From: Armatimonadota bacterium
GTDB lineage: Bacteria; Armatimonadota; Zipacnadia; Zipacnadales; UBA5352
Assembly: GCA_034722055.1 (NCBI GenBank)
Contig: JAYENL010000002.1
Coordinates: forward strand, 1 to 16,573
Length of the DNA: 16,573 bases
Direction: 5' to 3'
The first letter of the stretch is position 1, and every line of letters begins with the position of its first letter. The position numbers and the translations under genes are program-made. Below are positions 1 through 7,156 of the stretch, piece by piece. Under the pieces are notes generated by a model. It was not told the origin of the DNA and searched no databases. It worked only from the letters and a program-made list of their open reading frames with translations.

Positions 1-68
1 ATTGAGACTGCAGCGTGGGGTTCGATGTCCGAAGGCGAATGCCTCGCCGGATACTCCTGAACGGCCGT

Positions 69-97
69 ATTGTAACCGATAGCGCCGGGCATTTCAA
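69..97 (-). promoter_or_regulatory. Sigma70-type promoter firing leftwards out of the window
   Basis: Minus strand reads TTGAAA (97-92), 17-nt spacer, TACAAT (74-69). An AGGAG follows at 58-54, but no start codon lies at SD distance, so the target is probably off-window. Confidence 0.6.
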
Positions 98-132
98 GGC
101 GGAGCGCGGCGGGGTGGGGCCGGATGGATGGT

Positions 133-436
133 GGCTGTCGGCTTCCCAGAACCGAGTGATCTGGACGGCCCCGGTTCCCGACGATTGGATGGTCTGCGGG
201 GGCGCGGGTTCCCAGGACCGTACACCCAACTCTTGTTGGGGGCGGGCGGCTCGCCCGCCCGTCGTTCGGAGGGGTGCACCAGAGAAGGAGTGGCGCTGCG
301 CGCCACAAGCCGGCGAGGGCGTCGGCTTGCTAGAATCGAGCCAGCCGGCGAGGGCGCTGGCTTCTCAGGTTGGGATGACCCGCGAGGGCGTCGGCTTCCC
401 AGAATGGAGTGGTGAGCGGGGCGTGGGCCTCCTAAT
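133..436. repeat. Degenerate ~34-bp tandem repeats in two blocks, separated by short GC-rich hairpins
   Basis: GCGAGGGCG starts at 313, 348, 382 and GCGGGGCG at 416. GTCGGCTTCCCAGAA is identical at 137-151 and 390-404. TTCCC recurs at 143, 175, 209. Hairpins at 225-240, 240-260 and 290-306. Confidence 0.6.
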
Positions 437-495
437 GCCCAGTGGCAGGAGTCTACGTGTTATCCAGTGTCGCGGTGGTGCCTCTGCTGTTACCT

Positions 496-766
496 TGGAG
501 GGGCCGCCGCGAGCGAAGCAAGCGGGGCGCGATCAGGAGCGGTAGCAACTGACCGCGCAGGTTCCACCCCGGCCCACTGGAGACCTTCGGTCTCACGGGC
601 TTCCAGCCCGACCATCAGCGCAGGCGCTCCCGCCTGCGCGGGCTTTAGACCGTGGGCAAAGCTACGTGCCGGGCCGGGGTGGAACCTGAGGCCTGCTCGC
701 TGGGAGACTTCTACGAAGTCTCAGTCACAGGCCTCACCGGGCGCTACGCGCCCGGCGGCCCCTCCA
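496..766. repeat. Nested inverted-repeat element (REPIN/MITE-like or structured ncRNA)
   Basis: 14-bp terminal IR TGGAGGGGCCGCCG (496-509 / 753-766); perfect 18-bp IR (558-575 / 671-688); hairpins at 528-557, 580-594, 596-610, 618-639, 687-736 (enclosing 704-722) and 737-755. Confidence 0.6.
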
Positions 767-1037
767 CCAGGCGCCCCCTCATCTCCAGGGCAACCAAGCC
801 CCGAGTGTGCTGGTCGTTAACATACGCTGAATTGCGCAAGTCGGCACCAGGATGAGATGCGGCGGGGAGGGTGCCGGGCTCGCAGCTCGTCGCGCGAAGT
901 GGCGGGCCGTGGGCATGAGGCTGGCCGCGCTCCGGCTGTGGTCCGAAGCTCAAGGCAGGAAAGGTGGCGGGAGGCCCCGAAGTGACGCACAGCGATGACC
1001 CCGTCGGTCAGCAGGGCCGACTTCGAGGAGATATCCG

Positions 1038-4000
1038 ATGCGGCTGAGAGCCTCCCTGATTGTGATTGCCATGGCACAGGCGCTGGCGGCGAGCGCCGTG
1101 ACGTCCTCGCACTTCGACCCCGAGACGATGATGCGCACCGAGCAGCTCCGGCGCGGCATGACCGGGTATGGGCTCAGCGTGTTCTCGGGCACGGAGATCA
1201 CGCGCTTCGACGTCGAGGTGCTGGGCGTGCTGGAGAAGGCGGTGCTGGGCGAGGACATGATCCTGATACGCGTCACGTCCGGGCCGATCATTGAGCGGGA
1301 GTCGGGGATCGTGGGGGGCATGAGCGGCACGCCGATCTACGTTGACGGCAAGCTCGTCGGCGCCATCGCCTATAGCTGGAGCTTCCTGCGCGAGGCCATC
1401 GGCGGGGTGACGCCGATCGAGGCCATGCTGGACTCGTATATCCCCGGCGAGCAGGCGGCGCTGCCGGCCGACCACCCGGCGCGGGGCGCCCGACTGCACG
1501 GGCGGTGGGTGGAGCGTGCGGTGGTGGACGCCCGGGGGCCGGCCTTCGTGGATGAGCGGACCATCGCCATGCGGCCGGTCAGCCCCATCGTGAGTGTGGC
1601 CGGGATGGGCGAGGCATCCATGGGGCGGCTGCAAAAGCTGCTCGACCCCCACGGGCTGGAGGCGGTTCCGGGGCCGGGGCGGCTGGGAGAGACGGTGCCG
1701 GTGGAGCTTGAGCCCGGAGCGGCGGTGGGTGTGAAGCTCATGGACGGGGACTTCGACGCCACCGGGATGGGGACCGTCACCTGGCGGAAGGGCGACACGA
1801 TCCTGGCCTTCGGACACCCCATGATGCAGATGGGGGCAGTGGAGATCCCCATCACCACCGCCTGGGTGCACGACTTCCTGCCCAGTGTGTCGTTTTCGAG
1901 CAAGATGACCTCGCCGATGGACATCGTGGGCTCGATGACGCAGGACGGGGCGTGGTCGATCGGCGCCCGCCTCGGCGACGAGGCCCCGATGGTGCCGGCG
2001 CGCTTCACGGTGGTGGACGAGGAGCGGGACGTCACGCGGAGCTTCGAGGTGGAGGTGGCCAAGCACGAGATGCTCACCTCCGAGCTGGCGCTGACGGCGA
2101 TGATGGCATCAATGGAGGCCACCTACAACCCCGGCAGCGACGGCACCGGGGTGCTGGAGTTCGAGGTCCACGGCGATGACGGGGCGGTGATCCGCCGCCG
2201 GGACGTCATCCGCCATCCCGGCTTCGTGATGCCGGTGGCGATGTGGGTGGATGAGGCGCTGATCTTCTTGACTGAGAACCGCTTCGACCCCCAGCAGGTG
2301 GCGTCGGTGGAGGCCCGCGTGAGCCTCTCGGATGAGGAGAAGCTGGCGACCGTGGAGCGGGTGTACACCGACGAGCACGTGGCGCGGGCGGGGGAGACGC
2401 TGACGGTTCACGTAGTGATGCGGCCGGAGGGGGGTGAGGAGTTCGAGAAGGTGGTGACCTTCGACCTGCCGCAGGACCTGCCCAAGGGCCAGCTCCGGGT
2501 GGGGGCGGCGGCCGGCAGCGAGGAGTTCAGCCTGAAGGCCTTCCTGCGGCTGATGCTGCCGCAGATCGACAGCCTGGCGGACATCGCGGAGCTGATCGAG
2601 ACCATGAAGCGGGCGGATCAGCTCTACGTGGCAGCGGCGCTGCCGACTCTGAGCCTGTCGGTGGATGGGACGGAGCTGCCGCGGCTGCCTCTGAACGCCA
2701 TGAAGCTGCTGGCCGAGGACGACCGCAGCAATGTGGAGGCCGGCTATACGGAGCTGAGCGAGACCATCGACACCGAGTACTACCTCTACGGCTACCAGAT
2801 CGGGTGGCTGCCGACCGAGAACCGCCTGGGCGAGCGCGGGAAGGTGCGTAAGAAGCCCGGGGAGGAGTCCGAGCGGATGGCGCTGGCGCCGCGCATGGAA
2901 CGGCTGCCGCACACCTGGTGGGCGATGGACGCCCTCCAGGCCCACGCCCGGCCGGTGCAGGAGGCGCCGGGACCGCCCCCGGGGGAGGAGATGCCCGAGG
3001 ACGCGCCGCCGCTGCCCGAGGAGATCAGGGAGAAGCTTGAGGAGATGGAGGAGGAGCCGGAGGAAGAGGAGGAGGAGGAGGAGGAGGTCGGCGAGCACCC
3101 CGAGCCCGACGGCGAGGCCCTGGCCCGGGGCCTGAGCAGCTTCTCGCACACCGAGGCCAAGGACTTCGAGAAGGGCGAGGCGGAGGGCACCATGGTGCGC
3201 AGCGACGGGGCGGTGCTGCTGGCCCCGCGGGCGGACCTGCTGGGCGAGCTCGATACCTCCAGGTGCTGGTCGCTGGCGGTCGATGGCGAGGGCTGCTGGC
3301 TCGGCACCGCCAACCCCGGGCGCGTCTACCGCTGGCAGCCCGGCGGGGAGATGGAGCTGGTGGCCGAGACCGGCAGCTTCATGGTGCTGAGCCTGCTGGC
3401 CGACGGCGACGGCGGCGTGTTTGCCGGGACCGGGCCGGACGGGAGAGTCCTGCAGATCGCCGCCGACGGCTCCACGGGGCGGAGCTGGGAGCTGCCCGCC
3501 AGCTACGTGTGGGCGCTGGAGCGGGATGGCGACGGCGTGGTGGTGGCCGGGACCGGGCCGGCCGGCCGGGTCTTCCGCCTCGGCGACGAGCCGGAGCTGA
3601 TGGCGCAGATCAGCCAGCCGCATGTGCTGGACCTGCTCTTCGACGGCGAGCGGCTGCTGGCGGCGGGCGGCGATAACGAGGGCGGCGTCTTCGAGATAAC
3701 AGGCGGCGGGTGGGCCCGCGACATCTTCGGCAGCGAGGAGAAGGCGTGCACGGGCCTGGCGGTGGATGACTTGGGCCGGCTGATCGTCACCACCGCCGAG
3801 GCGGGGAAGGCCTGGATCGTGGAGGCCGACGGCGGCGGTCGGGAGGTGCTGGAGAGCGAGGGCGACGTGCTTGACGTGGCCTTCGCCGGGGGGCGAGCCT
3901 GGGTGGCGACCGCCCATGACGGCGAGCTTGTGACCATCGACGATCGGGGAGAGTGCGCGGTTGCGGCCAGGGACAAGCTGGCGGCGGAGATCACGCGCGT

Positions 4001-5033
4001 GGCGGCCGGCGAGGGCGCGGTCTTCGCGACATCCGGAGCTCCGACGCGGCTGTGGCGGCTGGACCTGGGGGCCATGACCGAGGGCACCTACTCCTCGCCG
4101 GCGCTGGACGCCGAGCGGGTCAGCCGCTGGGCGAGCGCCTGGTGGGACGCTGAGGTGCCTGAGGGCGCGCAGCTCCAGGTGCAGGCGCGCTCGGGCAACA
4201 GCAGGGCCGCGGACGATGGAAGCTGGAGCGCCTGGATCCAAGGGCTGACTGAGCCGGGCCAGCGCATCACGGCGCCGCCGGCGCGCTTCCTGCAGTACCG
4301 GCTGCGCATGGCCGGAGAGCCGTCCGCCGGCCCGGTGCTCACGCGGATGGAGCTGCTCTACCTGCCGCGGAACCGGAGGCCGACGCTGAAGGTATCCAAG
4401 CCCAAGCCCGGCGGGGCCATGCGCGGGGAGTACGAGATCTCGTGGGATGCCGAGGATGAGGACGGGGACACGCTGGCGGTGACCATCTTCTCGCGTATCC
4501 AGGGCGCGGAGCAGTGGAGGGAGCTGCACAGCCTGCAGGGCGAGGACTCCTGGACCTGGGACACCTCCGAGGTCAAGGACGGGCGCTACCGGCTGCGGGT
4601 GGAGGTGAGCGATGAGCCCAGCAACCCCGGCGACGCCGCCACCGAGGAGGTCATCGTCCGGGATGTGACCGTGGACAACGGGTACCCCACGCTGACGCTG
4701 CTGACGCGCCCGCGCCGCGGCGATGAGCGCCTGGAGGTCATGGCGCTGGCCACCGACGAGCTGACCCGGCTGACCTCCATCGACTGGACCTTCGGCAGCG
4801 AGGAGCGGTGGCGGGCAGCCCCGGTCAAGGACGGGATGCTGGACTCCCGCCGGGAGCTGTTCACGATCAGCCTGCCGGAGATCCCCGACGACGAGACCGA
4901 GCTGAAGATCCGGGTGCGGGATGCCGCGGGCAACGTGACCGTGGAGAGCGTGCCGCTGCTGGATCGGCAGCCCGAGGGCGAGGTGGAGGCTCAACCGCTG
5001 CCGGAGGACACGTCCGGAGAGGAGAGCGAGTGA
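1038..5033 (+). CDS. Secreted SpoIVB-like peptidase (family S55) fused to beta-propeller and Ig/FN3-like domains, 1331 aa
   Basis: SD GAGGAG at 1025-1030; signal-peptide-like N-terminus (MRLRASLIVIAMAQALAASA); GIVGGMSGTPIYVDGKLVGAI and GTVTW...ILAFGHP motifs; Pro/Glu-rich linker; repeated xGTGPxGRV propeller blades; C-terminal WDTSEVKDGRYRLRVEVSD and VRDAAGN Ig-like motifs; host-like codon usage. Confidence 0.85.
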   Translation: MRLRASLIVIAMAQALAASAVTSSHFDPETMMRTEQLRRGMTGYGLSVFSGTEITRFDVEVLGVLEKAVLGEDMILIRVTSGPIIERESGIVGGMSGTPIYVDGKLVGAIAYSWSFLREAIGGVTPIEAMLDSYIPGEQAALPADHPARGARLHGRWVERAVVDARGPAFVDERTIAMRPVSPIVSVAGMGEASMGRLQKLLDPHGLEAVPGPGRLGETVPVELEPGAAVGVKLMDGDFDATGMGTVTWRKGDTILAFGHPMMQMGAVEIPITTAWVHDFLPSVSFSSKMTSPMDIVGSMTQDGAWSIGARLGDEAPMVPARFTVVDEERDVTRSFEVEVAKHEMLTSELALTAMMASMEATYNPGSDGTGVLEFEVHGDDGAVIRRRDVIRHPGFVMPVAMWVDEALIFLTENRFDPQQVASVEARVSLSDEEKLATVERVYTDEHVARAGETLTVHVVMRPEGGEEFEKVVTFDLPQDLPKGQLRVGAAAGSEEFSLKAFLRLMLPQIDSLADIAELIETMKRADQLYVAAALPTLSLSVDGTELPRLPLNAMKLLAEDDRSNVEAGYTELSETIDTEYYLYGYQIGWLPTENRLGERGKVRKKPGEESERMALAPRMERLPHTWWAMDALQAHARPVQEAPGPPPGEEMPEDAPPLPEEIREKLEEMEEEPEEEEEEEEEVGEHPEPDGEALARGLSSFSHTEAKDFEKGEAEGTMVRSDGAVLLAPRADLLGELDTSRCWSLAVDGEGCWLGTANPGRVYRWQPGGEMELVAETGSFMVLSLLADGDGGVFAGTGPDGRVLQIAADGSTGRSWELPASYVWALERDGDGVVVAGTGPAGRVFRLGDEPELMAQISQPHVLDLLFDGERLLAAGGDNEGGVFEITGGGWARDIFGSEEKACTGLAVDDLGRLIVTTAEAGKAWIVEADGGGREVLESEGDVLDVAFAGGRAWVATAHDGELVTIDDRGECAVAARDKLAAEITRVAAGEGAVFATSGAPTRLWRLDLGAMTEGTYSSPALDAERVSRWASAWWDAEVPEGAQLQVQARSGNSRAADDGSWSAWIQGLTEPGQRITAPPARFLQYRLRMAGEPSAGPVLTRMELLYLPRNRRPTLKVSKPKPGGAMRGEYEISWDAEDEDGDTLAVTIFSRIQGAEQWRELHSLQGEDSWTWDTSEVKDGRYRLRVEVSDEPSNPGDAATEEVIVRDVTVDNGYPTLTLLTRPRRGDERLEVMALATDELTRLTSIDWTFGSEERWRAAPVKDGMLDSRRELFTISLPEIPDDETELKIRVRDAAGNVTVESVPLLDRQPEGEVEAQPLPEDTSGEESE

Positions 5034-5042
5034 GGTGGGACG

Positions 5043-5729
5043 GTGGCGAAGAGCCTGAGGCCCAGGACCTTCCGGCGCGTGGACGAGCTGCTGGCCGAGC
5101 GCTACGGAGAGAGGCACCGCGAGCCGGGCGACCCGCTGGACACCCTGGTGCGCACGATCCTGTCGCAGAACACCACCGATAAGAACTCCGTCCCGGCCTT
5201 TCGGCGCCTGAAGGAGAGCTTCCCGGACTGGCAGGAGGCCCTGGAGGCTGGCCCGGCGGCCATCGAGCAGCGCATCGAGTCCGCCGGCCTGGCGCCCACC
5301 AAGAGCAGGCGCATCCACGCCATCCTCCGGCAGCTCGACGACCAGCGCGGCGATCTGTCGCTGGCGCACGTCTGCGACATGCAGCGGCAGGAGGCGGAGC
5401 GCTATCTGTGCAGCTTCAAGGGCGTGGGCCCCAAGACCGCGGCCATCGTGCTCCTCTTCGACTGCGGCATGGCATTCTTCCCCGTGGACACGCACGTGCA
5501 TCGGGTCTCGCGGCGGCTGGGCTGGATCGACGAGGGCGATTCCGCCGAGGACGCCTACGAGACCCTCACCGACGCGGTTCCCGAGCAGTTGCACCTGCAG
5601 CTTCACCTGAACATGGTGCGGCACGGCCGGGAGACGTGCCACCCGTCGCGCCCCCAGTGCCACGACTGCGTCATCTCCCGCTTCTGCGACGCGTACAAGA
5701 GCGGCGAGGTCGAGCCGCGGGAGCGCTGA
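5043..5729 (+). CDS. nth: Endonuclease III family HhH-GPD DNA glycosylase with [4Fe-4S] motif
   Basis: ILSQNTTD; HhH motif FKGVGPKTA; PVDTHVHRVSRRLG; C-x6-C-x2-C-x5-C (CHPSRPQCHDCVISRFC); GTG start after GAGGTGG, 9 nt downstream of the previous stop. Confidence 0.9.
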   Translation: MAKSLRPRTFRRVDELLAERYGERHREPGDPLDTLVRTILSQNTTDKNSVPAFRRLKESFPDWQEALEAGPAAIEQRIESAGLAPTKSRRIHAILRQLDDQRGDLSLAHVCDMQRQEAERYLCSFKGVGPKTAAIVLLFDCGMAFFPVDTHVHRVSRRLGWIDEGDSAEDAYETLTDAVPEQLHLQLHLNMVRHGRETCHPSRPQCHDCVISRFCDAYKSGEVEPRER

Positions 5730-5857
5730 CCGGGGGGCGCCGAAAGGCACTTGGACGGCGCACGGGCCGTCAGTGCGGCGGCAATGAGAGTGTGAGCGGG
5801 CGGGGCTGTCAAGTCACCATCGCTCGCCGGGCGATTGTCGTCCAAACGCGTCCTGAA

Positions 5858-5965
5858 CCCTACGGCAAACCGTGGGCTCCCGGCAGGCGTCCGGTTGGAG
5901 TGTCGGGCCCACAAGAACAACGGCTCACCACAAACGGCCGGCGGGGCTGAAGACGCCGCCGCTCC
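5858..5965 (-). repeat. Two GGAG-type REP-like palindromes
   Basis: Minus strand: GGAG-CCCACGG-TTTG-CCGTAGGG (5880-5858) and GGAG-CGGCGG-CGTCTTCAGCC-CCGCCG (5965-5939), i.e. tetranucleotide plus imperfect hairpin. Confidence 0.5.
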
Positions 5966-6074
5966 GGACGACCACGGCAGCCGCCATCCGGCGAGGCAGA
6001 GAGACAAGCGGCTTTGGCGGCGCCCCTGCGCGCTGTGCCGAGACTACGGATTCGTACCTCGCGTGGTTGAACGC

Positions 6075-6121
6075 TTGACTTCGTGGCCGGAACATGTTAG
6101 GATATAAGCGATTGCGTAAAT
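6075..6121 (+). promoter_or_regulatory. Sigma70 promoter with extended -10 and candidate ArsR autoregulatory operator
   Basis: TTGACT (6075-6080), 17 nt, TAGGAT (6098-6103) with TG at 6095-6096. Imperfect inverted repeat ATATAAGC-gatt-GCGTAAAT (6102-6121) covers the predicted start site and start codon. Confidence 0.65.
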
Positions 6122-6422
6122 GATGAAGAGCCGTGACGTGGACACCCTGGCCCAACTGTTCAGCGCCCTGGGCTCCGACACCCGCATCAGGATCCTCCAG
6201 GAGCTTGGGGAACGTCCGCTGTGCGTGGGTGCGCTGGCCATGCGGCTGGAGATGACGCAGAGCGCCATCTCCCAGCACCTGACGGTGCTGCGTAACGCCG
6301 GACTGGTGGAGTCCGACAAGCGGGGCAGCTACGTGCATTACAGCCGTACTGAGGACGCCCGGGAGCGATGTCGTGCGGCCCTCGATAGTGTGCTCACGGA
6401 TTCACCAGATGAAGACGCGTGA
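6120..6422 (+). CDS. ArsR/SmtB family transcriptional regulator
   Basis: LFSALGSDTRIRIL, PLCVGALA, MTQSAISQHLTVLRNAGLV, KRGSYVHY winged-HTH pattern. Start may be 6120 or 6123; no SD. Confidence 0.92.
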   Translation: MMKSRDVDTLAQLFSALGSDTRIRILQELGERPLCVGALAMRLEMTQSAISQHLTVLRNAGLVESDKRGSYVHYSRTEDARERCRAALDSVLTDSPDEDA

Positions 6423-6524
6423 TCAACCAGGCTGGGCATCATTATCACGCAGGCCGCTCGGAGACGGTGTTCGACACGGGCCGTTCATGGCTGAAGACGC
6501 AGCAGTCTGGCGAGGAGGTAGCCT

Positions 6525-6878
6525 ATGAAGGTTCTGTTTATCATCAATGATGCCCCCTATGGATCAGAAAAGGTCTATAACGCGTTGCGAATGGCAGTGC
6601 AGATCCAGAGAGAGCATGATGATGTGGAAGTCTGGATTTTCCTCATGGCGGATTCGGTCACGTCTGCCCTGCCTTCTCAGTCTACGCCGAATGGTTACTA
6701 CAACGTTGAGCGCATGCTTAAGTCGGTCATAAGCAAGGGCGGACAAGTGAAGGCCTGTGGAGGTTGCTCCGAGGCACGCGGTGTCGCCGGGCTTTCGCTG
6801 TTGGATGGCGTCGAGATTAGCACGATGAGCGAGTTGGCACAATGGACCGTCGACGCCGGCAAGATTCTGACATTCTGA
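6525..6878 (+). CDS. DsrE/DsrF-like (YchN-type) sulfur relay family protein
   Basis: IINDAPYGSEKVYNALR, IFLMADSV, GYYNVERML, CGGCSEARG, STMSELAQWT...KILTF; SD GAGGAGG upstream; visibly lower GC than flanks. Confidence 0.88.
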   Translation: MKVLFIINDAPYGSEKVYNALRMAVQIQREHDDVEVWIFLMADSVTSALPSQSTPNGYYNVERMLKSVISKGGQVKACGGCSEARGVAGLSLLDGVEISTMSELAQWTVDAGKILTF

Positions 6879-7021
6879 GGGACAGGCTCTGTTGTGTATG
6901 AAGGAGCGCGAGTCTGATGGATCCGGCAGTTGCGCGCCGTTCACGGTGAAGGATCACTTCCAGCTTCGCGCGCGACTCCGACCGTGTCATCAGCATCTGA
7001 CGCCAAAGGAGGCCAATGCGC

Positions 7022-7156
7022 ATGTGTGACTGCAAGGGCTGCCAGCATCCCGAGAAGCTCGAGGGCAAGCCGTCGGAGTGCTCGCCGGAGCAGATCCGGG
7101 AGTGCCACGGAGATGTCACGGAGCACCCCTGCGAGCAGCAGGGCAGTGATGACTGA
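7022..7156 (+). CDS. 44-aa Cys/His-rich microprotein (putative metal-binding)
   Basis: Hand translation MCDCKGCQHPEKLEGKPSECSPEQIRECHGDVTEHPCEQQGSDD*; SD AAAGGAGG (7005-7012) 9 nt before ATG; mostly G/C third positions; overlaps the next gene's ATG (7149). Too short for the ORF track. Confidence 0.8.
   Translation: MCDCKGCQHPEKLEGKPSECSPEQIRECHGDVTEHPCEQQGSDD

Noticed and set aside
215..252. Group II intron domain V-like string on the minus strand (GAGCCG...TACGGTCC)
   Set aside because: Wrong length and pairing, no GNRA loop or AC bulge, no intron-encoded protein.
133..436. CRISPR array
   Set aside because: Units are adjacent and degenerate with no unique spacers; no cas genes in the window.
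737..769. tmRNA or tRNA 3' end suggested by CCTCCACCA
   Set aside because: No TTCRA T-loop at the required distance and no matching 5' end; the sequence is the arm of the 14-bp IR.
15..953. Short ORFs in the first kilobase
   Set aside because: Mutually overlapping, atypical composition, and coincident with repeats and inverted repeats.
955..985. SigH/ECF-like promoter (GCAGGA...CGAAG) and a 10-mer AAAGGTGGCG shared with 9662-9671
   Set aside because: Matches are too short and degenerate to separate from chance.
2109..5750. 1213-aa minus-strand ORF and other long antisense ORFs (1008-2066, 7676-8764, 8407-9756, 12261-13673, 13983-15308)
   Set aside because: Antisense shadows of well-supported high-GC genes; no recognisable motifs.
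5718..5790. Glycine riboswitch resemblance (GGGAG...CGCCGAAAGG)
   Set aside because: Lacks the CTCAGG element, overlaps the nth stop, and has no relevant downstream gene.
6930..7148. N-terminal extension of the methyltransferase from TTG 6930
   Set aside because: Ser/Arg/Ala-rich, lacks an SD, and overlaps the better-supported 44-aa ORF.
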